A DNA stretch of 64,000 bases from Euprymna scolopes (GCA_053919585.1 CM132820.1), one strand, 5' to 3'; shown: positions 1 through 13,741, counted from the stretch's first letter. Notes: generated by a model not told the origin, from the letters alone. Numbers and translations: made by a program.

Positions 1-1275
1 CGATATCAAAAACCTAATCGATATCAAAAACCAAAGTAATATCAAAAACCTAAACGATATAAAAAACATAAGCGATATCAAAAACATAAGCGATATAAAA
101 AAACCGAAGCGATATCTAAAACCTAAGCAATATAAAAAATAAGCGATATCAAAAACCAAAGCAATTTCAAAAAAATAAGCCATATAAAAAACCTAAGCAA
201 TATCAAAAACATAAGCAATATCAAAAACCTAAGCCATATCAAAAATCTAAGCGATATCAAAAAAATAAACGATATCAAACACCAAAGCAATATCAAAAAC
301 ATAAGCAATATAAAAAACATAAGCAATATCAAAAACATAAGCAATATCAAAAACAAAGCCAATATAAAAAATAAGCGATATCAAACACATAAGCAGTATC
401 AAAAACATAAGGAATATCAAAAACCTAAGCAATATCAAAAACATAAGCAATATCAAAAATCTAAGCAATATCAAAAACATAAGCAATATCAAAAACATAA
501 GCAATATAAAAAAATAAGCGATATCAAAAACATAAGCAATATCAAAAAAATAAGCGATAACCAAAACCTAAGCGATATCAAGAACGTAAGCAATATCAAA
601 AAAATAAGCGATATCAAAAACCTTAGCGATATCAAAATCCTCAGCGATATCAAAAACCTAAGCGATATCAAAAACTTAAGCAATAACAAAAACATAAGCA
701 ATATTAAAAACCCAAGCAATATCAAAAAAAATAATCGGTATCAAAAACATAATCGATATAAAAAACCTAAGCGATATCAAAAAAATAAGCGATATCAAAA
801 AAATAAGCGATATCAAAAACCTAAGCAATATCAAAAAAATAAGCAATATGAAAAACCTAAGCAATATAAAAAAAATAAGCGATATCAAAAACCTTACCGA
901 TATCAAAAACCTAAGCAATATCAAAAATTAAGCAGTATCAAAAAATAAGCGATATCAAAAACCTAAGCGATATCAAAAACCTAAGCGATGTAAAAAACCT
1001 AAGCGATATAAAAAAATAAGCTATATCAAAAACATAAGCGATATAAAAAAATAAGCGATATCAAAAACCTAAGCGATATCAAAAAAATAAGCTATATCAA
1101 AAACCTAAGCAATATTAAAAACATAAGCAATATTAAAAACATAAGCAATATCAAAAACAAAGCCAATATAAAAAAATAAGTGATATCAAAAACCTAAGCA
1201 ATATCAAAAACCTAAGCGATATCAAAAACCTTAGCGATATCAAAAACATAAGCGATATAAAAATATACGCGATAT
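1..1275. repeat. ~20-bp tandem satellite/minisatellite (consensus ~AAAAACMTAAGCRATATCAA), truncated by window start
   Basis: Roughly 60 imperfect 20-bp units; it explains the low-complexity Leu/Ile/Phe ORFs on the minus strand. Confidence 0.95.
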
Positions 1276-1460
1276 AAAAAAAAACATACAATATCATCGT
1301 CATCAAAACGACACATTTTTACTGGCATAAATACACTTGCTTTACGTTAGCAAATTTTTGATGATGTTGATGGTGCTCCATTCAACCAATAAAGTTTTGT
1401 TGAACCAAGGTATATTCATCTGAATTTCAAAGTTAATAATCGCAAGAACTCTCTTATTAA

Positions 1461-1461
<1 letters not shown>

Positions 1462-1539
<78 letters not shown>

Positions 1540-1555
1540 AACTCACACACACACA
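1462..1555. repeat. (CA)n microsatellite, representative of dozens of (TA)n/(CA)n/(TCTA)n tracts in the window
   Basis: Direct observation. Confidence 0.95.
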
Positions 1556-2158
1556 GAGAAGATTTACTCATAAATGAGCATCCATGTTGTTTTAAGTGTT
1601 GGTTAATCGAGCTTGTATATGAAAGGTGCAGGATTAATCGTTTGGACAATGGCTTATATGTGCACATATAGTTTCATATGTATATCTATATATATGTTGT
1701 AATATAAATTTATAAATTTATTAAATAAAAGAACTAAAACTTCCATACCATTTTGGAAATCGCACGTTTAAACCCTTGTACATTTATTTTAATCACTTTT
1801 TGAACACGTTAAAAACATACGTTTACATACTATACGCTTCAGTATCTTTAGTCATTTAAATATAATTTAAACTGAAGCATATAAAAGCATTCGGATTTTA
1901 CACCAAACACTAATAAAAAAACATCCTGAAGAAGACTAAAGAAAATCAGTTGAAAGTACTTGCATAAAAGACAGATGGCCGAAAACGACCATGAAACTTT
2001 CTTACACAAATTCGACCGAAATATTAGAACGAAGGTTAATGGAGTAATTACTAAAAGACGATAATACAGAAACACGTTGTAGAGTTCAACAATGTCTGTC
2101 TAAATGAAAACATGCTGCCTAAATACAAAGCACACACATAAATACACATACACATATA

Positions 2159-2207
<49 letters not shown>

Positions 2208-2323
2208 TGTTTTTTCTTTTCTTCTCAAATCTATCTTAACTTATATATTTCATTTATATACTGAATACTGTAACCAGTTTTTTTTATATCTATGGTGTAT
2301 TTTGTATAATGTATGTTTTTCTT

Positions 2324-2371
2324 CTCTTGTGACGAGAAGAATTAAGCTTCGAAATATCCTGTCCGAAAGAG
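2324..2371 (+). ncRNA. Degenerate type-I hammerhead motif (core C missing) in a Penelope pLTR-like context
   Basis: ctcttg-[c]TGACGA-gaag(aattaag)cttc-GAAA-ta(tcc)tg-TC-cgaaagag; AATAAA at 2397-2402. Confidence 0.4.
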
Positions 2372-3032
2372 ATTTTCCTTACTTTAATGATGTTGTAATA
2401 AAGTTATATGTAACCTTTATTCTTCTTTCAGTAAATACTTTTAATTGCTCTTTTTAACAGTGTTGAGCGAGTTCTATTTTGTTAAATGTACTTTGCAGAA
2501 GACACGCTTCTCGTGATAGCTTCATCTTTTATTACATATGTATGTGTATGTGTGTATATCAGAGAGGCTTAAAGATTATTGAAAGATTCTTGAAATAGAG
2601 ATATATCAGTATATAAGAAACAACATATTGGGTGGAGCATAAGCATATATTGGAGAGTTATAGAGAAGATTTAAATAAACTTGGTATAGATCAATTTATT
2701 TTCATTTTAATATCGAAGAAATATCATTAGGCGGAGGAGCTATCAATGCTATTCATGTTTAGGCATTTCCAAGCCTAATGCTTCTCTTAAGAGGAAAAGT
2801 AGGGAGCTAAGTGACATCTTTCTGATGGAGAATTAGGAGGGAAATATTAGGATATTAAAATAAAGGTTAAAATAAAACATGGAGATAAATACTCAAAGAA
2901 AAATACATAAATACTCCAAGGAAAATACATAAATACTCAAAGAAAAAATACATAAATACGAACGCACACATAAATAATGAGTGACTCATTTTCTTTCAGT
3001 TACAAAGAGCTTTCAAATTGGGCAAATCAATG

Positions 3033-4794
3033 TAATTATAAACCTCAAATGACCTTGTAACGATGTATGTAACCCACTTTCCGGTTTAGGACATCCGGTT
3101 GCGCATGCGCGCATGACCTGCGCACTGAAATATTAACGTTATTATTTCGAAATTATTATTTAACATGGGAAAAGTAGGGGTTTACATAAACAAAAAACCA
3201 AAGGAACAAGTAGGACGCTGAAATATTAACGTTATTATTTCGAAATTATATTTTAACATTGGAAGAGTGCGGTTTAGAATAACTTAAACGTAATACAGAA
3301 ATGAACGATTTAAAAACCGCAGACAATATTAAAATTGTTTATTTGGATAATTTAAACGCAAAAAAAAAACTAAAAAAACAAAAGAACAATTGGGACGCTG
3401 AAATAAAACCATTATTATTTCGAAATTATTATTTAACATGGGAAAATTGGGGTTTAAAATAACTTAAACGTAATACAGAAATGAACGATGTAAAAAAAAG
3501 CAGACAGTATTAACAATTGTTTATTTGGATAATTTAAACGCAAAAAAAAAAGAACAATTGGAACGCTGAGATATTAACATTATCATTTCGAAATTATTAG
3601 TTAATAATAGGAAAAAGTGGGGTTTAACATAAACAAAAAACAAAAGAACTATTGGGACGCTGCAATATCAACGTTATTATTTCTAAATTATTATTTACCA
3701 TGGGAAGAGTAGGGTTTAAAATTATATAAACGTAATACAGAAATGAACGATTAAAAAAAGCAGACAGTATTAACAATTGTTTATTTGGATAATTTAAACG
3801 AAAAACAAAAACAAAAGAACAATTGGGATGCTGAAATATTAACGTTATTATTTCGAAATTATTATTTATCATGGGAAAATTGGGATTTAAAATAACTTAT
3901 ACGTAATACAGAAATGAACGATGTAAAAAAAAAACAGACAGTATTAACAATTGTTTATTTGGATGATTTAAACGCAAAACAAAAACAAAACAAAAGAATA
4001 ATTGGGACGCTGATATATGAACGTTATTCTTTCGAAATTATTATTTAACATGGAAAGAGTGCGGTTTAAAATAAACAAATAACAAAAGAATAATTGGGAC
4101 GCTGAAATATTAACGTTATTCTTTCGAAATTATTATTTAACATGGGAAGAGTGCGGTTTAAAATAAACAAATAACAAAAGAATAATTGGGACGCTGAAAT
4201 ATTAACGTTATTCTTTCGAAATTATTATTTAACTTGGGAAGAGTGCGGTTTGAAATAAACAAATAACAAAAGAATAATTGGGACGCTGAAATATTAACGT
4301 TATTCTTTCGAAATTATTATTTAACATGGGATGAGTGCGGTTTAAAATAAACAAATAACAAAAGAATAATTGGGACGCTGAAATATTAACGTTATTATTT
4401 CGAAATTATTATTTAACATGGAATGAGTGGGGTTTAAAATAACTTAGACGTAATAGAGAAATGAACGATGTAAAAAAAAAAAGCAGATATATCAAAATTT
4501 GAATTTAACTATAATAAGTATTATGGTATCTGTTCAGTGCCATTATCCTATAAGTATGGACAACCACTTATAATTCAGTAACTGTAAATATTTTTTTCGA
4601 AAATAATCAATTATAATAAACAGAACGACTCATAGAAATCTATCTATATTCTTTTTTCATTTTAATATACTTTCATAGAAATGTTTCTGTGATATAAAGA
4701 AAAAAACTATTTTCTTTACGTCACAAGTGTCACGCTCATATATGAGTTCCATATCTAATATAACATATTGACCAAACGGGTCACGGTAGTCTAG
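3033..4794 (+). mobile_element. Non-autonomous Helitron (family A) with internal tandem array
   Basis: 5' ~130 bp and 3' ~75 bp match the termini of the helicase-bearing element at 28233-31902; 3' hairpin tgacc(a)-aac-gggtca then CTAG|T. Confidence 0.85.
3125..4480. repeat. Tandem array inside the Helitron: 92-bp units and ~170-180-bp composite units
   Basis: taattgggacgctg recurs at 3999, 4091, 4183, 4275 and 4367 (exact 92-bp period). Confidence 0.9.
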
Positions 4795-5227
4795 TAATAT
4801 CTAAGGATATCACTTACAACAATTTTCTGAAAAATGTGAGTTTATTTAGTCATCATCGAACAGACTCGCTGTATAACGGCTCTCCAGTAACAACTACTTC
4901 AAACCGAATTCAAATTTACGACCATCTACTTAATAGTGGACAATTCTAACCACTTTACTGTGGAGTGAACGCTATTTGTAAATTATAATGAGTACTTTAT
5001 AAAAGTATTGTCAATTAGAGTTCCTAATTTGTTTGATTACAAATAGACTTGAATGGCAGAAATAGTAGTTGGTTATATATCACCCCCACACATATATATA
5101 TATAATATATATTGGGTTAAGAAGTAAATCTTTTCAGAATTTTTAATTCTGATTTCAAGTGATGTTTTCTCTAAAAACGTTTTAGTTATAATACCTTATT
5201 ACTATATATTATTATGAAAGACACACG

Positions 5228-5272
<45 letters not shown>

Positions 5273-5412
5273 TATTTTTACTCTCTCTCTCTCTCTAATT
5301 GTTTTAATTACAATCGTTTTTAAACAATTACGTTTTCTTTTCAAAATGTTAAATGCAAGATGGAATAAAACGCAATTTTGCACAATGTTCTTATTTCAAT
5401 TCCAGCTAGGCC

Positions 5413-8112
5413 TGTTGGCTAATTAACATTGTTAAAAGTTAATTAGTTATTATCGATCTATCTGTCTATCTATCTATTCAATGATATTCTTAACATAGTT
5501 TATATTGGGAGTTATTTATTGTTTATAGAATTAAGTTTAGCAATACATTTTAGCTGAGATGTCTATATAATTTAGCTAGGTTAGATATAAACAAAATAAC
5601 CTTGGGCAGGCAGACGTGGAAAAATCACACGTAAGGGATACGTGTGGTTTTGAATGATGACGTAACAGAACTGAGGTTAGAGGTCGGGAAGTTTAGAGTC
5701 GGCAGTTGTAGTTTGATCACCAGAATGAACAGACGACAGAGTTTGGGTTTAGTCACATAGGTGACTAGACGTACTTGACGGCCAGGAAACGGGCTGGGAG
5801 AAGAAACATGTAGAAGAAATGCTAATCCAACAACAGAGACAAGAAGAGCTATTGTTAAAAAATATTCGATAGAACGAAACACAGGGACGACAGCTTTGCT
5901 TTTTCCCAAAGTACAATATGGAACGCTATAGAAACGTTAAACTACTAACCGGAGTTGGATGGAACGTTTGACGCTTTCTATCGGAGACGTGAGGACCTAT
6001 TCACCGTGTGTTTTTTGTTGTTTTTACATAGGCGTCACCACTTATCAAGGTCGATAGGCCACTCAAGGATAAGGGTTAAAGAGTGTAAAGTAGTCAAAAG
6101 GACAATATAGTAATCGATAGTAATGGAAGTTCGGTAAATTTGTTAACTTAAGTGGAACTGCTCATCAGAAACTTGTTCACGTTGGACTTGAAGACAACCA
6201 TATTATAGACAGCTGGAAAGCAGGAAAACGGAAGACAATTCCACAGGCGTGCAGGTCTAAGAAAGAAGCTTTGATCATGGAATCTATGTTTAGGTTTAGG
6301 TACAGATAAAGAGTGGGGAAAATTATTGATAATGTTTTCAGCTAATCTAGTGTTTCTTGTGAAAGTTTGGCGAGGGGGGAGCATAGATTGAAGCTCAGTT
6401 GAACACTTTCCATGAAAATAACGATAAAGCAGAGACAAACTCGCAACATCTCTTCTGTGAGATAGAGGTTGCGGCGAAGAGAAAAGGACATCTCCCACCA
6501 AGAGTGGAGCAACTCTCAAAAAGTTCGCCTACTTTTGAGGAAATTAGGGACCACAGAACATAGCAGGTTTGTGGATTATATTCTCCCCAGGAAGACGAGT
6601 GAATTGAAATTTTCTGAAGCGGTCAAACTGTTATCCGAACTGTTCAGTCCGAATTCTACGCTCTTTCATAGAAGATGGAAGTGCGAAAAAGCGACGATGA
6701 CGATCACCTGACCTTCGCGTCCGTGGTAAATAAACACTGCGATGATTTCCGTCTATCTGACGTTTAATTTTTGTTTAATTTTAGCGCAGGGTCTAGTCTC
6801 ATCCAAAAACGCTAAGATCAGACAACGTATTCTCTCGAGACTTTAGAGCCAACAGGGTCTCACTATCCAGAAGTTAGCCAATAATTGTCAACGGGTAGTC
6901 TGCGTAAGGAACAACCCGAGACACGTCGAGGAGTCAGGCGCAACATGCATTAGAAGGACGACCCTCAGACCGGAAAAATACTCACCCCGAAAAAGCAAAG
7001 CTGGGAGTAAGAAAACTCAGGCTACACATAATAAGTACCACCCACTCACAAGACCCGGATTCCATGCAGCGGAAAACATTGGTCGAGTCAATGTTTTTAC
7101 AAATATAAGTACTGCAACGAATGTGGCAAGGAGGGTCACAAAGCGACCCAATGCAGGAAGGACAAGGTCAAGGACAGCGTCCGACAGACTAGATTCGGTT
7201 TGGATTCAAATAAGAACCGGCGCAAATATGTCAAAGTTAACATCGCAAATAAAACTGTGCATCTACAATTGGATTCCGGATCAGACCTGTCCATCATTAA
7301 CTTTAAGACGTGGAAAAGGCTAAGGAAACCAACCATGCAGAAAGCAAAGAAATCAGCTCGAGCTGTGACAGGCGATAAAGTGGAATTTGAAGGAGACTCA
7401 TAACCCCGGTGACCTTAAATAGTGTTACTAAAAAAGTGAAAGTGTATGTACATAGGGTATCCGAAAACTTGTTCGGTACTGGCTGGATGGAGCAATTCGA
7501 ATTGTGGGATCAACCTATGAATAAATTCTATCATAGGGTAGAAGACTCGTCTACGGAGGCGCAACAACTGAAGAATGAGTTAAAAAAGGAATTTCCAGAA
7601 GTATTCTAGCCAGGACTAGAAAATGTACAAAGGCTATAGTAAGATTCGAACTAAATGAAAACACTGCTCGTTTTCAAGAAGAAACGAAACGTCCCATTTT
7701 CAGCAACAGATAAATCGAAAAAGAAAGCTTCAACAGAATCGGCCAAAGGAGGCGAAAAAACGGAAACTGCAAAGCCGGAAGCTAAAAATCCGCGCCAAAA
7801 GAATTTCCCAAGCCAAAGCAACCCAAGGAGGCTGACAAAACTGATGAGAAACAAATTAGGTATGCGGATAGCCTATCTAGGCTGATACCATTGAAAAATG
7901 CACTTAAAAAGGCTCAAGGGACCCCAACAGATAAAGCACTTCAACAGTTTCTACATGTGTATAGGATTACACCCAACCCGAACACACCAACAGCAGTCTC
8001 ACCTGCAGAAACGATGTTTGCGCTAAATGTGAGATCCGTTTTTGCCAAACTCTTACCCAAACAGTCAAAGCCACCAGTGATCACTTGTGGGCCCAGTAAA
8101 TGTTTCATATAA
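5413..8112 (+). mobile_element. Decayed, internally deleted Ty3/Gypsy LTR retrotransposon: partial LTR, gag, CCHC knuckle, protease, integrase C-terminus; RT/RNase H missing
   Basis: Gag-like FSQSTIWNAIET..TFDAFYRRREDLFTV / EWSNSQKVRLLLRKLG; CNECGKEGHKATQC knuckle (~7113-7155); protease LQLDSGSDLSII; integrase tail LQQFLHVYRITPNP..SPAETMF; 5413-5812 resembles the reverse complement of 34200-34827. Confidence 0.85.
6009..6502 (-). mobile_element. 5'-truncated CR1-group LINE (ORF2 C-terminus plus 3' UTR) nested in the Gypsy gag
   Basis: QPLSHRRDVASLSLLYRYFHGKCS..SFFLRPARLWNCLP..FKSNVNK; 3' UTR ccttatccttgagtggcc..ccttgataagtggtgac shared with 13815-13860; A-rich tail. Confidence 0.9.
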
Positions 8113-8194
8113 GGTTAAAGAGCGATCAGTTCAACCAGCGACAGTCTATGATTGGAAGATGAGCCGATAGACACTGTCTTCGAAACTTTTGATC

Positions 8195-8268
<74 letters not shown>

Positions 8269-8360
8269 TATTATTAATATTATTTAAGCTTGTTTCCTTC
8301 AATAATTAATATTAATATCAACGGTCAAAAACCTATTACATGTACTTCTATTTTACTCCA

Positions 8361-8550
8361 CGGTCTAATGTTCACAGAGAACTTGAGTTCGAACAGATAC
8401 ATTAAGAGCATTGCCAAGGCTGCTGCGAAAAAAGTTGGCTCTCTCTACCGTGCTAGAAAGCTACTTACATCTTAAATTAACCTGTGCCTCTATAAGGCAC
8501 AATTTACCCATGTATGAAGTACTGTTATTACATTAGGGTTGGTGCATTTG
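8361..8550 (+). mobile_element. CR1-group LINE RT fragment
   Basis: GLMFTENLSSNRYIKSIAKAAAKKVGSLYRARK..LYKAQ..CMKYC, homologous to 13150-13330. Confidence 0.75.
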
Positions 8551-9299
8551 CTTTTCATAACATATTTTGCAAATAAGTTTTAACAGTTATCTTTTTTAAA
8601 TTATTGTCCCTCTTCGTTAAAGTATCGTGTTTGTTATTTTATTTATTTGCTGCAATTTGTTATCATAACCGTTTTGTCTCTGATGAGTTGTATGATGGTA
8701 TAATGCGCCCTATTTACCATCGCAACAATGTTAGGTATTTGTGAAATCATATAAGCACACAATTATAAATAGATTTATTGTGTAAAGTTACTAAATAATT
8801 GTCTAGTTTATATTAGCGGCATTTATTCCAAGAACTTTTGTTGGCAATTTTCCTTGTCTTTCTATGCGCGCCTTTTTAATCGCATTAGCTGCACATATAT
8901 CATATCTGAACATTTGCAAAACCTTTCCAAAATGAATGTATAGAATAATTATTGACATTTTTCTTTAATTTTAAAGTCATTAATTTTGTTTTAATTTATT
9001 TTCTTCTTTTTTTCGTAAATGGATTAAAGAGATACGTTTCTTTAGTTTACTTTTACGGCTTGTGTTATTCAAGAATATCTGTGTCTTCGAACCCCGATTA
9101 TCATGATAGAACAGCAGTTGTGAAAGTAGTGGCATTAACAGGTTTCCTCATATAACCCAACCCACAATATTTCAAGAATAATTCATGTCGGATTAGCATG
9201 GAACGTTATATATGCCTTCATAAGGATTTTATATTTAATTTATTTTTTAATTTGTTTTCTGACTATGTAATTCATTTAAAACTCATTATAGGAATCAAA

Positions 9300-9712
9300 A
9301 GCGGTGAATAGGTAGAACTCCAGAAAGGAGTTCTCAAGGGTGGGTGCTATCGGTTGATCTGTTCACTCCGTATAGTGAGACTGCTCTGTCGAAACTGACG
9401 ACGAAGCCCGGTGTACAGCTTGGTGATACAAACTACAACAATCTGATACTGCCTTGATTGCTGATTCAGAGGAAACACTAGTAGCCGAAGAAAGTCTGAA
9501 ACTGGAGCTATCAATCAACTTTCGGAAGACGTTTTCAAATCGTTGTTATCTATAAGTGAATGGAACCGCAAAACATCAAAAAGAAAAGCAAGATTGTATC
9601 AAATGGTCGATCAGAATCAGAAATTAAATGCAGAATAGCTGTTGCGAAGAAAACGTTTATGAATATGAAAGGCGTTCTCGGTGCACGAAAGTAGAGTCTT
9701 CGAACCAGGAAA
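9300..9712 (+). mobile_element. Decayed RTE-clade LINE reverse transcriptase fragment
   Basis: Frameshifted KGVxQGWVLSVDLFTPYSE, NYNNL..ALIADSEETL, IVSNGRSESEIKCRIAVAKKTFMNMKGVL. Confidence 0.7.
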
Positions 9713-10197
9713 TTTACACAAACAACATTCGAAATATAAACCGTAGCGTCTTTAAATCAAAAGTACGCTAACGGAAATAATTTATTGCACGGGCTTCCCC
9801 CCTTTTTAAAATTCATTATTCAATAAGGTAAAAAGCTATAGCAAACATCTAAATGAGTATTTTAACCATAGTTCCTGATTTCAAAAGGCGAAAAATTAAA
9901 AGGTAAATTTCTATATATTTTTATTTATATACCTGTATATCTATGTATATGTATATATGTGTCTATTTTTTCATATATATGCATGTATATATTTGTAATG
10001 TTGTACTTAAAGCAAACTTATAATTTAAATTCAAATCTATATTTTAATCTATTTCTTTTCTATCTCTAACCCATATTAATTTTTTTATAAATTTTAAATC
10101 CAGACCTTTTATTTCAATTTTTTTCAGATACATCTGCCTTACTTTTAATGCTAGGTTTATTTATGGTGTCTTTTAAATTTAATAAAAGCCCTTCAAA

Positions 10198-10308
10198 ATT
10201 TGCTGACGAGGAGACCTTGCTTATTAAAAAACTATATGCAATAATTATTGTACGTAACTTGATGTCTACCACAATAAAAGCATTGTTTTCCGAAACGATC
10301 GTACAAAT
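10198..10308 (+). ncRNA. Type-I hammerhead ribozyme motif with a long helix II insertion
   Basis: atttg-CTGACGA-ggaga...(~70 nt)...tttcc-GAAA-cgatcg-TA-caaat; helix I is a perfect 5-bp match and helix III is a palindrome. Confidence 0.6.
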
Positions 10309-10510
10309 AATTGATTTTGTTGTTGTTCCTTCTTATGAAACGGATTTTTAATTTAATTATAATTTGATTTTTAAATTTTAANNNNNNNNNNNNNNNNNNN
10401 NNNNNNNNNNNNNNNNNNNNNNNNNNNNNNNNNNNNNNNNNNNNNNNNNNNNNNNNNNNNNNNNNNNNNNNNNNNNNNNNNNNNNNNNNNNNNNNNNNNN
10501 NNNNNNNNNN

Positions 10511-11300
10511 CCTGGTCACGAATAGACTCTTATATGGTTGACTATTATAGAAAATTCATCACATAAAATGATAGAAGATGTATTGAGACGCAGGAATGGG
10601 TATGTTTGATCTGGCATAATGATAATTCATTAAAATTGTGGGGTCTGCGTACACGCATGATCCACAAAGTATGGAAATAAAAAATTTAAAAATTAAAAAA
10701 AAAAAAACGTTTACAAGTGTTTTTGATATAGATGTACATAATAATACTTTGATAAGTATGTTTTAGCTTAAATAGGGATGGTATACTAAAATGGTGGGGT
10801 CTGCGTTTGCGCCTGGCCTCCATAGAATATAAATTGGGGCACACTTTAATAAAGACTTTTCATATCTATCTGCGTTTGTGCCTGGCCTCCATAGAATATA
10901 AATAGGAGCACACTTTAATAAAGACCTTTCATATCTATCTGCGTAAGTATAATTTGATAATTATGTTTCAGTTTGAAGAAATATGGTATAATAAAATTAT
11001 GGGGTGTTAGTTCGCGATTGACCTCCATAGAATGGAAATATGTCACAACAAGGTCTTTTAATATATATCCACAGAATATTGTGATAAGTGTTTCAGTGAG
11101 AACAGGTATGGTATAATAAATTATGGGGTTTATCTATTTTATTTTTACTTTCATCATATTTTGTTTTGGTTTTGATACTCCCAAATTCGAAGCTATCTCT
11201 TTACAACCCTTCCTTTTCATAACCTATCATACTTTCATAAATCGGAGTCCATTTTCTGTAGGCTATTTTGAACCCATTCAACGACAGATACTTTTGCTAG
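10511..11300 (+). mobile_element. Non-autonomous Helitron (family C), 5' end lost in gap
   Basis: Reverse-complement copy at 26162-26915; ends GCTAG|T after a degenerate hairpin. Confidence 0.8.
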
Positions 11301-11335
<35 letters not shown>

Positions 11336-11439
11336 TCGATCGAGAGATCCTATTTATTAAAAAGAAGGATACAAGGTGATAACATGCTACAAACATTTTA
11401 TTATAATAGTTATAATTATAATTTTTTAATTTTTTAAAA

Positions 11440-11890
11440 TTTTTTTATTCAATTTTCACCCCAAACAAGGCACAGTGCCACTTTGAAGCAGGAGGATACT
11501 ATCAGGGACTTAATTATCGGGGTCATTATGAAGGGATATAAGTAGAAAGATGTTTGTTAACATTACACTTGAACTTCTGCATATCATTGCAGTTGGGAAA
11601 GCAGAATCCCGGAAGGGAGTTCCAAAGAACCGCAGTTCTGGGGAAGAAACCATTGGAGTAAAAGGCTTTCTTGCACCTAGGGATCTCTACTGTAAAGGGA
11701 TGAGACTTAGTAGCTTGTCGGGTTTGTCGGGGGTAGTTACGTCGGGAAGGTACAAGTGTTTGCAGTTCGTCAGAGCATTCACCATTGAAGTATTTGTAGA
11801 ACAGGCAAAGGGATGCAACATCTCGTCGATGGGACAGAGGCTGAAGCCTAGATGACAGTTCAGGACCTATCAGGTTGGTGACTCTAATTT
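11440..11890 (-). mobile_element. 5'-truncated CR1-group LINE, second subfamily
   Basis: Minus frame RVTNLIGPELSSRLQPLSHRRDVASLCLFYKYFNGECS..FFPRTAVLWNSLP..FKCNVNKHL; 3' UTR gtggcactgtgccttgtttggggtgaaaa plus A tail. Confidence 0.9.
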
Positions 11891-12482
11891 TTATAGATGC
11901 GCATATTTTGTATTAGTATATTATCACCTTCTATCAATTTTTTAATAAATAGGGTCTCTCGATCACTTAAAACGTAATACAAAAATAAATAAATAAATGA
12001 AAAATATGAGCAGAATGTTAAACTAAAATATACCCACCTGGTATTGTGTAATAGCTGTTCTGTCTATAGATGTGTAATGATATCGTGGGGTTTTCGTTCG
12101 CGCCGGGCGTGCATACTATAGAAATATGTCACATACTCCTATAAAGATATTGGAGATAAACCGTAAAAACAAATATGTTCTGACACTACATTAACCAGAT
12201 TACTTAGATAAATATTTTTACAGTTTTAACAAAAGGGCTACATTAATATCGCCGGGTCTCCATTCACGCTGAACGTCAACAGAATGCCCAGCAACAATAT
12301 ATTACATATGAATTTTGTCGCTGCGGAATTTGCACACATCCCGCTAGTATACATACATTTTATTTCGCTATATTCAACAAGGCTTCTAAACATAAAAAAA
12401 GTTGGTATACACAAAGTGTGGAATATAATCGCAAATGTGTATTTTTCAAATATATATTTTTTCAAATATATATATATATATA

Positions 12483-13741
12483 TTAAATAAAGAAGTAGTC
12501 AACTACCTCAACAGAAGCAACCTTCTTAGTGGCATGCAATATGGTTTCCGCTCTGCAAGATCTACAGCAGATGTGCTAACGGTTATATCTCATAGGATTA
12601 GTGAATCTCTTGACAAAGGCTTCATTTCCAGGGCAATTGCTCTTGACATATCAAAGGCCTTCAATAAGGTATGGCATAAGGGCCTACTTCACAAGATTTC
12701 CAGCTACGGTATCACTGGAAATGTTTTCTCAATCATTAAATCATTTCTCTCCGATAGGTTAATAAGAGTAGTGGTTGATGGGCAGAAATCAGAAGCCCAC
12801 AGTATTAATGCTGGAGTCCCTCGGGGGTCCATCCTGGGCCCAACTCTCTTCCTGATCTACATCAATGATCTCCCAAAACACATACTTAAATCATTCGTTG
12901 ACATTTATGCTGATGACACGGCCATCTATGGCAACACATCAAAGGCCATAAATGACAAAGATCTCTCTAATTCTCTCTCCTCTGATCTTGAGCGCGTGGT
13001 ACAGTGGGGGAAGAGGTGGCTGGTCACTTTTAATGCATCCAAAAACAAGCTTCTATCTTTACATGATCAACGCTTTGATCCCAATCTGGCATCAATTGAA
13101 ATGGATGGCTCTCGTCTTGGGAAGGCTCCATGTTTTGAGAAGCTTCTGGGTTTGACCTTTACTCCTAATCTAAAATGGAACACGTACATCAGGTCTGTTG
13201 CCAAGGACGCTGGGAAAATAGTGGTATCCTTCTACCGCTCCAGAAGATATCCCACTACTGATGCAATTCTCTATCTGTATAAAAGCCAAGTACGTGCAAG
13301 GATGGAGTACTGCTGCCACATCTGGGCAGGAGCTGCTAACAACAGCCTATCCTGCCTTGACAGAGTACAAAATAGACTTCGTGGTTTAGTGGGGATGCCC
13401 TTTTCTCTACCCTGCAACCTCTCTCCCACAGAAGAGACGTTGCGAGCCTGTCTTTGTCTTATTGTTATTTCCATGCCAAGTGCTCGTCTGAGCTCCAATC
13501 TCTCGTCCTCCCTCGCCAATCTTTCACGAGAAACACCCGTCTGGCTGAAACTACTGTCAATAATTTTCCCCACTCTTTATCTGTGCCGAAATCCAAACGT
13601 AGATTCCATGAGCAAAACTTCTTTCTTAGAAGTGCACGCCAGTGGCACTCTCTGCCGCTTGCCTGTTTCCCACCTGACTACAACTTCGATGTCTTGAAGT
13701 CCAACATAAACAAACTCCTGACAAATCGCCCCCTTAATTAA
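12483..13741 (+). pseudogene. Non-LTR reverse transcriptase ORF2 remnant; N-terminus of track ORF 12435 is flanking DNA
   Basis: ORFs 12435..13697 and 13454..13741 join across a frameshift. Confidence 0.9.

Noticed and set aside
123-924. Hydrophobic Leu/Ile/Phe ORFs resembling membrane proteins
   Set aside because: Translations of the 20-bp satellite
1921-1965. CTGAAGA..GAAAgtacTT hammerhead-like motif
   Set aside because: Weak helix II and no helix I; could be chance or a very old relic
3999-4440. Regularly spaced repeats resembling a CRISPR array
   Set aside because: The whole 92-bp unit repeats, there are no unique spacers or cas genes, and the context is eukaryotic
11550-11855. Plus-strand ORFs at 11550 and 57999 that resemble each other
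   Set aside because: Antisense shadows of minus-strand LINE fragments
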